A DNA stretch of 30,353 bases from Candidatus Berkelbacteria bacterium (lineage in GTDB: Bacteria; Patescibacteriota; UBA1384; UBA12157; JAENIV01). The notes below the pieces were generated by a model that worked only from the letters and a program-made list of their open reading frames with translations, ran no database searches and was not told the origin of the DNA. The translations under genes were made by a program, and so were the position numbers. How positions within the stretch are numbered: position 1 is the stretch's first letter; every line of letters starts with the position of its first letter. This document shows, in pieces, positions 7,849 through 14,352 of this stretch. The DNA is taken from positions 1-30,353 of the forward strand of contig JAENIV010000008.1 of NCBI GenBank assembly GCA_016844295.1, in the 5' to 3' direction.

Positions 7849-10071
7849 TTAAATAGATAATTCATAAATACTTTTATCATTTAGAACCCAGATTTTTCGT
7901 GCTTTTTGAGAAACGACAAAATCGGTAATTTTATTAAATTCATCTGGTAAAGCATATTGATGAATAAATTGACCTTCTTTGTCGAATTCTAAGATGCGTT
8001 TTTGATCTCCATCAAGTACATATATTGAAGGCGTGTCCGAGTCAGTAAATATTTTAATTGGTTTTGCTATTGTACTATATGGACTAGGAATATTTTTTAA
8101 ACTAAAATCCTGTTTCTTGCTTTTTTGTATTTTAATTATTTGACCATCATTTTTTAATACATAAATATTCCCATCAACAGCTAGAGAATTCGATTGTCTT
8201 AAATTTACGTTCACGGTCGAAATATATTCTTCCCCTTTTTGAAATTCAGTATTATTAGAAGAATGTTTATATATTTGACCAACAATTCCATCAAGAAGAT
8301 ATAAACTCCCGACATAACCGGCAATAGCGTTGGAGGTTTCCCATCTACCATCTGAAGAAATTTTTGTCTGTTCGATTTTTTTAGTACTAACATCGAGGGT
8401 AAATACATTTTGATTATTAGTATATAAGTATATAGAGATGTCCGAGCGTGTCCCGGTAATAAAATTGCCTTTATTTTTAGGGATAGAAGCAATTTTTGAA
8501 GGAGTACCACTAACAATATTACCTTCATAAATGTCAGAGTCAGAAATAATATATGCTTGCCCGGAAACAACATACAAACCTTTACCTGTATCAGGAATTG
8601 TAATACTTGGTTTCAAATCGATATATCTTGTAGTCGCGGTTAATTTATCTAATTCTGACTGGGAATTTTTAATGGTATTTTTAGCATCGTTGGCAACAAA
8701 TGAGTTATCAACAATCGTTCGGGCTTTATCTATCGAAAAAGCAAACTTTTCTTTAGCTTGCTCTTGGTTTCCTGTTGAAAGTAGATTTTTACCGTCATTG
8801 CCCGCGGCAATGGCCTCATTAAGAATTTTTTGGGCTTGGAAATTACCAACATTATTGCCACGATTTTTGATTACCACCGTAACAATAATAATTAAAATAA
8901 GAAGAATCGCACCGAGAATATAAAGATATTTACGTCTTTTGCGATCTCTCGCAGAATCGACAATCCAACTTATTAAATTCAGAATTTTTATCCAGATCCA
9001 ATTTAGTATTTTTAAAATTATTGTCCAAGTATTTCTTCTGGTAATTTTCTTTTCTTTTTCTTGATTATAGTAATGGACGTATTCAGGAGAATATTTGACT
9101 TCCTCATCTTTTAGAAGACTATCATCTCGTTCCCCAGATAAAAATTCTTTATGAAAATTATCACCCCCTTCTTTAGCTGCAAAAGGTTGCGCATTAATAG
9201 GTATAGAAGGTTGACTCTTTTTTCGTTTAGATATTCTTTCTTTTATCTTTAGATATGAATTATTAAAAAATTTGCCCAAACTTTGGTTAACCGGTATAAG
9301 GATTTTCCCAATTTGCCCAAAAACTTTCCACGCTGATTCAGATGATTTATCAAGATAAAAAACATTCCCTAAATTTTCTGTAATTGGTTTACTAGATACA
9401 TCTTCTTTAAGGCCTAGACGGATAATAATTAAATTTACGTTTTTAACTTTATCTTTACGTAATAATTTAATAATCTGCATGGCTGCTAAGGACGGTGGGT
9501 TCATGCTAATAATTTGACGTAGTGCCTCTAAAGATAAGTGTTCGAATAACTCTTTGTTTGAAAGCAATATACTATCTTGTTCTTTAAGTTCACCAGAAAT
9601 TATATTAGTAAAAGTTTTTAAAGGATGTGGTTCAACGGGCCCTGTCATTCCTTCTGTCAAGTGATTAATTTTACCATCTCTGAAAATAAATACCTCAGAT
9701 TGTCCGCTTGTGGATAAGTGAAGACTATTACCGACAATAACAGAGGTTACCCCGTTTAGATTGCCGATCCAATCAGTTTCCCCATTTTGAGTAATTTGGG
9801 CTAAATCCTCATTGACTTTTTTTAACGATTCTTCAAAATTTACAAGATCTGAAGTGCTTCCGCCTCGATAATAGTACTTAACAAAATTGTTTATTACCAT
9901 TTGGCCAACTTGCGCGGTCGGAAACCACGGAGAAAGCATTTCAATACAAGTAAAAATCTCGCCCATACCTTTTTGGGTAAGATTATCGCTTGTGTGGTGC
10001 TGACAGGTGAGGAATCTATCAGGAAGTTTTCCAGAATTAGTTATTCTCGCAAATTGGATTTCGTATGCCAT
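7849..10071 (-). CDS. Large membrane-anchored protein: degenerate PP2C-like N-terminal domain, TM helix, C-terminal beta-propeller-like region
   Basis: N-terminal GELKEQDSILLSNKELF resembles the PP2C/SpoIIE fold. TM segment YLYILGAILLILIIIVTVVI. C-terminal repeats such as LAVDGNIYVL, IYVLDGDQKRILEFDKEGQF resemble NHL-type blades. Confidence 0.65.
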   Translation of the reverse strand: MAYEIQFARITNSGKLPDRFLTCQHHTSDNLTQKGMGEIFTCIEMLSPWFPTAQVGQMVINNFVKYYYRGGSTSDLVNFEESLKKVNEDLAQITQNGETDWIGNLNGVTSVIVGNSLHLSTSGQSEVFIFRDGKINHLTEGMTGPVEPHPLKTFTNIISGELKEQDSILLSNKELFEHLSLEALRQIISMNPPSLAAMQIIKLLRKDKVKNVNLIIIRLGLKEDVSSKPITENLGNVFYLDKSSESAWKVFGQIGKILIPVNQSLGKFFNNSYLKIKERISKRKKSQPSIPINAQPFAAKEGGDNFHKEFLSGERDDSLLKDEEVKYSPEYVHYYNQEKEKKITRRNTWTIILKILNWIWIKILNLISWIVDSARDRKRRKYLYILGAILLILIIIVTVVIKNRGNNVGNFQAQKILNEAIAAGNDGKNLLSTGNQEQAKEKFAFSIDKARTIVDNSFVANDAKNTIKNSQSELDKLTATTRYIDLKPSITIPDTGKGLYVVSGQAYIISDSDIYEGNIVSGTPSKIASIPKNKGNFITGTRSDISIYLYTNNQNVFTLDVSTKKIEQTKISSDGRWETSNAIAGYVGSLYLLDGIVGQIYKHSSNNTEFQKGEEYISTVNVNLRQSNSLAVDGNIYVLKNDGQIIKIQKSKKQDFSLKNIPSPYSTIAKPIKIFTDSDTPSIYVLDGDQKRILEFDKEGQFIHQYALPDEFNKITDFVVSQKARKIWVLNDKSIYELSI

Positions 10072-10170
10072 AGTTTAGATTCTGATAAATCTTTTCAATT
10101 AACTCCAAAAAAAATCAATGTAGGTAAGTACCTAATGTATTTATTATACATTATCTTGGTCTAAAGCAAA

Positions 10171-10323
10171 TCGGGATGGCGAGACTCGAACTCGCGACCT
10201 TCCGCCCAAATTCGGGGCGACTGGATTCGAACCAGCGGTCTCCAGACCCCCAGCCTGGCGCTTTACCAACTAAGCTACGCCCCGAATTTTTGGCGGACAC
10301 ACTACCAACTGTGCTACATCCCG
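10171..10323 (-). ncRNA. Outer tRNA-Pro-like shell whose anticodon loop is replaced by a complete tRNA-Pro(GGG). 5' half 10323-10293, 3' half 10205-10171
   Basis: Acceptor CGGGATG/CATCCCG + A73; D-arm GCAC-AGTTGGTA-GTGT; anticodon stem TCCGC/GCGGA; variable loop AGGTC; T-arm GCGAG-TTCGAGT-CTCGC. Confidence 0.85.
10212..10284 (-). tRNA. tRNA-Pro(GGG), nested; CCA not encoded
   Basis: 73-nt cloverleaf: CGGGGCG/CGCCCCG, GCTT-AGTTGGTA-AAGC, CCAGG-CTGGGGG-TCTGG, GCTGG-TTCGAAT-CCAGT, A73. Confidence 0.95.
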
Positions 10324-10329
10324 TAAATA

Positions 10330-10962
10330 TTAAAGATTTAATAGGGCAGAAAGCATATCGGGCCTTGCTGTGATAAAAATAAAAAAATTAAAAATAACCT
10401 TGGTTTCGATTAAAGAAATTAGGCCGGTAAAAAATATCACGAAGACCAAGATAAACATGCCAAATTGCTGCAAAAACAAATATATTTGCTCTGGTAAGAA
10501 AAGACTTAAAATTTTAGAACCATCCAGCGGAGGTATGGGCAGAAAGTTAAATACCATTAATAAAAGGTTAAAAAATACTAAAGCACTGATAAATAAACTG
10601 ACTATCTCAGGCATCGGTACAAGGCGAAGGATAAGTCCGAATACAACAGCCAAGATTAAATTGCTCATCGGTCCAGCCAAAGATACTGTCAGATTATCTA
10701 ATTTTGGATTGGCAAAATTATTCGGATTGACAATTACTGGTTTACCCCAACCAAAACCCACGAGTAATAAAAATATTGACCCATAAATGTCTAGGTGCGC
10801 AAGGGGGTTCAGCGACATTCTCCCCATTAATTTAGATGTTGAATCACCGAAACTATTGGCAGCCCAAGAATGGGCAAATTCGTGAAAAGTAATGGCGACT
10901 AATAGCGACAAAATGATGGCGGTAAAGTGTAGCGGTGATGAAAATAGTAATAATATAATCAT
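10330..10962 (-). CDS. Site-2 protease family (peptidase M50); start reassigned to ATG at 10962
   Basis: HEFAH (HExxH), NPLAHLD, GFGWGKPV, AGPMSN, FNFLPIPPLDG. The longer ORF-track start (11145) overlaps rpmB on the opposite strand. Confidence 0.9.
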   Translation of the reverse strand: MIILLLFSSPLHFTAIILSLLVAITFHEFAHSWAANSFGDSTSKLMGRMSLNPLAHLDIYGSIFLLLVGFGWGKPVIVNPNNFANPKLDNLTVSLAGPMSNLILAVVFGLILRLVPMPEIVSLFISALVFFNLLLMVFNFLPIPPLDGSKILSLFLPEQIYLFLQQFGMFILVFVIFFTGLISLIETKVIFNFFIFITARPDMLSALLNL

Positions 10963-10974
10963 GGTATATGTTAA

Positions 10975-11003
10975 TTGACGTATCTGCTTTTGTATGATAC
11001 CAT
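10975..11003 (+). promoter_or_regulatory. Putative sigma70 promoter for rpmB
   Basis: TTGACG (10975-10980), 17-nt spacer, TACCAT (10998-11003) preceded by TGn. Confidence 0.55.
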
Positions 11004-11037
11004 ATAAAAGTATCAAGATAAAACTAAAGAGGTTAAT

Positions 11038-11205
11038 ATGACTACTTGCCAAGTTTGCGGTCGCAGTCCAAGAGTAGGTTATAATCGGCCAAACTCTCAA
11101 CATCGTACAAAGAGAAAAATTTATCCAAACATCCAAAAAAATCATGGCAAAAATATTTGCATGGGTTGTTTAAGATCTGCGAATCGCAATACTTCTAAAA
11201 ACTAA
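11038..11205 (+). CDS. rpmB: 50S ribosomal protein bL28, zinc-binding (C+) form; 55 aa, absent from the ORF track
   Basis: Manual translation MTTCQVCGRSPRVGYNRPNSQHRTKRKIYPNIQKNHGKNICMGCLRSANRNTSKN*. CxxC...CxxC plus the TKR..PN motif; AAGAGG RBS upstream. Confidence 0.92.
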   Translation: MTTCQVCGRSPRVGYNRPNSQHRTKRKIYPNIQKNHGKNICMGCLRSANRNTSKN

Positions 11206-11210
11206 AAATA

Positions 11211-11546
11211 TTACTTAGCAGGTTCTTCGGGAGTAGTTTCTTCTTGGGGTTTAATTTGTTCAGGGCTCTTGTCCGTTTGGCGGGCTTTTGTAAAACAATC
11301 CGCACAAAGAACATCATCAGGATTCCTTGGTTGAAACGGGACTTCGCCTTCTTTGCCGCAAGTTTTGCAAATTATATTGTGCATTTGCCGATCAGTAGTT
11401 TTTTCTTTGCGATTTTTACGACAATCCGGGCATCTTCCTGGAGAATTCTGAAGGCCTTTATCAGCATAAAATTGCTGTTCTCCTGCTGACCAAATAAATT
11501 CCTTGGAACACTCTTTACAAGCTAATTTTTTGTCTTCAAACACCAT
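11211..11546 (-). CDS. Zinc-ribbon domain protein (two CxxC-x17-CxxC-type modules)
   Basis: MVFEDKKLACKECSKEFIWSAGEQQFYADKGLQNSPGRCPDCR...CKTCG...VPFQP...VLCADCF. Confidence 0.85.
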   Translation of the reverse strand: MVFEDKKLACKECSKEFIWSAGEQQFYADKGLQNSPGRCPDCRKNRKEKTTDRQMHNIICKTCGKEGEVPFQPRNPDDVLCADCFTKARQTDKSPEQIKPQEETTPEEPAK

Positions 11547-11655
11547 AAATTTCCATAAGTGATTATTTTAGGGTCGACCGAAAGAATATAAATTCTTTTC
11601 CTCTATTTTATTTTAAAAGAATTTTAAACTTTTGTAAATCTTTGATAATTTAACA

Positions 11656-11755
11656 ACTGTTCACAGAACAAAAACCGTGGTATGATTCAAGCGGAAAAGT
11701 TATCTTCGATTCATCCACGGCCCGAAGGTCTTGATATTGCGTTTGAAAATGAAAG
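11656..11755 (+). repeat. Dispersed intergenic element, copy C, directly upstream of holB
   Basis: Aligns to copy A without gaps over 100 nt (67 identities by hand). Confidence 0.72.
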
Positions 11756-11764
11756 AATAAATCT

Positions 11765-12418
11765 ATGAATTTATTAAGGACAATCAATATTCAAATAAAA
11801 AATTCCCGCATAGGTCATGCCTATCTTGTAATCGGCGATTTTGATGTAGAAGAAATTAGACACGTTCTAAAAATTCAAAAACCAGATTTTTGGCAATTGA
11901 GAGAGAATCCAATTAAAATTGTTTTTATTAGAGAATTAATCCATTGGATTTCTTTAAAGCCCCATAGTTCTCCATTTAAATTAGCCGTTATTTGGAATTT
12001 AGAAAATATTACTCTTGAGGCCGCGAATGCATTACTTAAGGTGCTCGAAGAACCACCCAAAAATACAATTTTTATTTTAAATTCTCAAAAAACAGAGAAA
12101 ATATTACCGACGATCATATCTCGCTGCCAAATAATTAGGTTTAAAAAAAATATTCAAAAGGAAACGTCTGAGGAATTTATGTCCCTTGAGGTTCTAAAGA
12201 AAAAGTCTATCAAGGAGCGTTTTGATTTTGCGTCGAAAATAGCGGAATCAAATAATTTAAGTGATATTTTAAATTCGTGGGAGAATAATCTGCGTAATGA
12301 TCTTTTATGTGGTACTGATGTCCGACATATTTTGAAGGAGATCTCTTCTACGAGGAGTTTACTTTCGACGAATACTTCTGTAAAATTACTCTTAGAAAAC
12401 CTTTTTCTTAATATATGA
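11765..12418 (+). CDS. holB: DNA polymerase III delta-prime subunit-like protein (short form)
   Basis: HAYL, AANALLKVLEEPP, ILPTIISRC motifs. Confidence 0.88.
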   Translation: MNLLRTINIQIKNSRIGHAYLVIGDFDVEEIRHVLKIQKPDFWQLRENPIKIVFIRELIHWISLKPHSSPFKLAVIWNLENITLEAANALLKVLEEPPKNTIFILNSQKTEKILPTIISRCQIIRFKKNIQKETSEEFMSLEVLKKKSIKERFDFASKIAESNNLSDILNSWENNLRNDLLCGTDVRHILKEISSTRSLLSTNTSVKLLLENLFLNI

Positions 12419-12454
12419 TACGAAAAAGATTGATATAAACTGTTAAAATAAAAT

Positions 12455-13162
12455 ATGGAAGAATTGTTTGTTAAATTAGCGACAACTGGAAAAATATTTG
12501 CATATAAAACAGATTTAAAGTTAAATTTTGGTGATTTGGTATTGATCGAAATTGAACAAATTATCGAAGAAGGAACGATAGTTAAAAAAGGTGAAGGTCT
12601 AACAAATATTGAAGAAGGCCAAGGAACAATTTTAAGAATATTTTCTACTGAAGACCGGGCCAAGCGAACGCAACTTAAAAAAACGGCTAGATCATTAATA
12701 GAAGAAACACAAAGAAAGGTAAATCGTCACAGTTTAAGCATGAAAATTTTAGACGCCGATATCAGCTTTGACGAAAAGAAATTAACATTTTATTTTTCTG
12801 CCGACGGCCGAGTTGACTTCAGAAGTCTAGTTTCTGATTTAGTCAAAAGTTATAATAAATTGATTCGTCTTCAGCAAGTCGGTTCACGCGACGAAGCCAA
12901 ATATTTTGGGGGAATAGGCAAATGCGGTCGGGAACTTTGTTGCACGAAGTTTTTAACTAATCTCGAGAGTTGTTGCGGGAAACTTATGTGTTGTCTGGCT
13001 TATGAGGCTGATACATATAATGATTTGAAGAAAAAAATGCCTAAGATTGGAAGTCAATTCAATTCTTCATCTGGTGCGGGCGTGGTTGTTGGACATAATA
13101 TTTTAGAAAGTAAAGTCCTGTTAGAAACAAAAGATGGGAAAAAAATTGAGGTTTTAATATGA
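12455..13162 (+). CDS. PSP1-domain protein (YaaT/RicT-like)
   Basis: FYFSADGRVDFRSLV, IRLQQVGSRDEAK, GGIGKCGRELCC, CGKLMCCLAYE. Sits downstream of holB as in the known holB-yaaT synteny. Confidence 0.9.
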   Translation: MEELFVKLATTGKIFAYKTDLKLNFGDLVLIEIEQIIEEGTIVKKGEGLTNIEEGQGTILRIFSTEDRAKRTQLKKTARSLIEETQRKVNRHSLSMKILDADISFDEKKLTFYFSADGRVDFRSLVSDLVKSYNKLIRLQQVGSRDEAKYFGGIGKCGRELCCTKFLTNLESCCGKLMCCLAYEADTYNDLKKKMPKIGSQFNSSSGAGVVVGHNILESKVLLETKDGKKIEVLI

Positions 13163-13656
13163 TCGCCAATATTAGTATAATCGCCGCTGTTGTAATTATC
13201 TTGGTTATTTTAGGGCGAAGATTGCCCGATGCGCGAAAAAAATTTCAAGAAACTCGCCAAGTTTCGAGTGAAGAAATCACTTTATATGGGCTGATCGCTC
13301 AAGCTGACGAGGCTTTTGACAAAAATAATTTTGAAGAAGCTGAAAATTTATATGTTAAGGTTGCGACTCAAGATCCGGATAACCCCAAAATTTATTCAAG
13401 GTTAGGGGCAATTTATCTCGAACAAAAAAATTACTATGACGCAAAAGACGCTTTTGCTCAAGCGGTTAAATTAGAACCCGATCTGGCATCAAGGCATATA
13501 AATTTAGGGTTATCATATATGGGTCTAAAAGATTATTATAAAGCCAGTGAGTCTTTCCGAAACGCTTTGAAACTTGATCCTAAAAACAATAAATATGAAA
13601 GACTTCTAGACAAAACGCTTAAACTTCAAGACAAAGAGAAAAGAAAAAATAAGTGA
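13159..13656 (+). CDS. Membrane-anchored TPR-repeat protein
   Basis: N-terminal TM helix followed by TPR-like repeats (YSRLGAIYLEQKNYYDAKDAFAQAVKLEP; HINLGLSYMGLKDYYKASESFRNALKLDP). Confidence 0.85.
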   Translation: MIANISIIAAVVIILVILGRRLPDARKKFQETRQVSSEEITLYGLIAQADEAFDKNNFEEAENLYVKVATQDPDNPKIYSRLGAIYLEQKNYYDAKDAFAQAVKLEPDLASRHINLGLSYMGLKDYYKASESFRNALKLDPKNNKYERLLDKTLKLQDKEKRKNK

Positions 13657-13746
13657 CTACTGCAGGCCAAAGACCATGGTATATGCAGGGTAAATCTTTC
13701 TTCGCTTAATCCCTATCCACTGCCGAAGGTAAGGCACGCTGATTGA
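13656..13746 (+). repeat. Diverged copy D of the dispersed intergenic element
   Basis: Shares CCATGGTAT, GGTAAA-x-xTTTCTTCGCTT-x-ATCC and ATCCAC...CCGAAGGT with copies A-C. The 3' block is degenerate. Confidence 0.55.
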
Positions 13747-13762
13747 GCTCCATTTTTTAATC

Positions 13763-13791
13763 TTGAGAAAAATAGATAAAAATGTTAAAAT
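13763..13791 (+). promoter_or_regulatory. Putative sigma70 promoter for the Tyr-shell/tRNA-Thr/rpmG transcript
   Basis: TTGAGA (13763-13768), 17-nt spacer, TAAAAT (13786-13791) with TGn extension. Confidence 0.7.
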
Positions 13792-13799
13792 AAATTCAT

Positions 13800-13999
13800 G
13801 CCGGGTTAGCCCCGGTTTGATAATCAAACTAGGTAAACTCCGCAGTCTGCCGAGATAGCGAAGTGGCCAAACGCATCTGACTGTAAATCAGACGCCCTTG
13901 TGGCTTCGGGGGTTCGAATCCCTCTCTCGGCACCAATCCTGGCGGAGTTCATCCCGGAACTAAGTTGAGGGAGGAGTGCAAATCTCTCGCTCGGCACCA
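13800..13999 (+). ncRNA. Outer tRNA-Tyr-like shell enclosing tRNA-Tyr(GTA)
   Basis: Acceptor GCCGGGT/GCTCGGC + A + CCA. Clamp helix AACTCCGC (13836-13843)/GCGGAGTT (13942-13949). Variable-arm hairpin GTTC-ATCCCG-GAAC. Bulged T-arm GAGGAG-TGCAAAT-CTCTC. D region replaced by palindrome GGTTTGAT-A-ATCAAACT. Confidence 0.7.
13849..13935 (+). tRNA. tRNA-Tyr(GTA), nested; CCA encoded
   Basis: GCCGAGA/TCTCGGC, TCTGA-CTGTAAA-TCAGA, long variable arm, GGGGG-TTCGAAT-CCCTC, A-CCA. Confidence 0.96.
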
Positions 14000-14006
14000 C
14001 CAGAGT

Positions 14007-14081
14007 GCCCAGGTAGCTCAGTGGTAGAGCAATTCCATGGTAAGGAATAGGCCAGGGGTTCAAATCCCCTCCTGGGCTCCA
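14007..14081 (+). tRNA. tRNA-Thr(GGT); ordinary, no shell
   Basis: GCCCAGG/CCTGGGC, GCTC-AGTGGTA-GAGC, ATTCC-ATGGTAA-GGAAT, AGGGG-TTCAAAT-CCCCT, T-CCA. Confidence 0.96.
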
Positions 14082-14103
14082 TATTATTAAAAAGAAAGGT
14101 AAA

Positions 14104-14286
14104 ATGGCAAAAGCAAAGGCAGTGTTAATACATCTAGAGTGTACTGAATGTAAAAGTAAAAACTATACTACGGCTAAAAACCCCACAGAAAACAAAGAAA
14201 AACTTAGATTAAATAAGTTTTGTAAAAAATGCCGCAAACATACTCCTCACAAAGAGGTAAAAATTTCTAAAGCCAAGAAGAAATAA
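14104..14286 (+). CDS. rpmG: 50S ribosomal protein bL33, zinc-binding (C+) form
   Basis: LECTECKSKNYTTAKN...KLRLNKFCKKCRKHTPHKE. Confidence 0.96.
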   Translation: MAKAKAVLIHLECTECKSKNYTTAKNPTENKEKLRLNKFCKKCRKHTPHKEVKISKAKKK

Positions 14287-14299
14287 CCAAACAAATTAT

Positions 14300-14328
14300 T
14301 ATACACGCATCGAATGGGCAGATATAAT
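14300..14328 (+). promoter_or_regulatory. Putative sigma70 promoter for the Trp shell/tRNA-Trp
   Basis: TATACA (14300-14305), 17-nt spacer, TATAAT (14323-14328). Confidence 0.5.
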
Positions 14329-14352
14329 CATGAATGCTGATAATATTTTCTA

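Noticed and set aside
10176-10373. 65-aa ORF MARLELATFRPNSGRLDSNQRSP...
   Set aside because: Antisense shadow of the nested tRNA-Pro structure (typical 'RLELAT', 'DSNQR' tRNA-antisense peptides).
10963-11145. 61-aa N-terminal extension of the M50 peptidase in the ORF track
   Set aside because: Antisense to rpmB and spans promoter signals; the real start is likely 10962.
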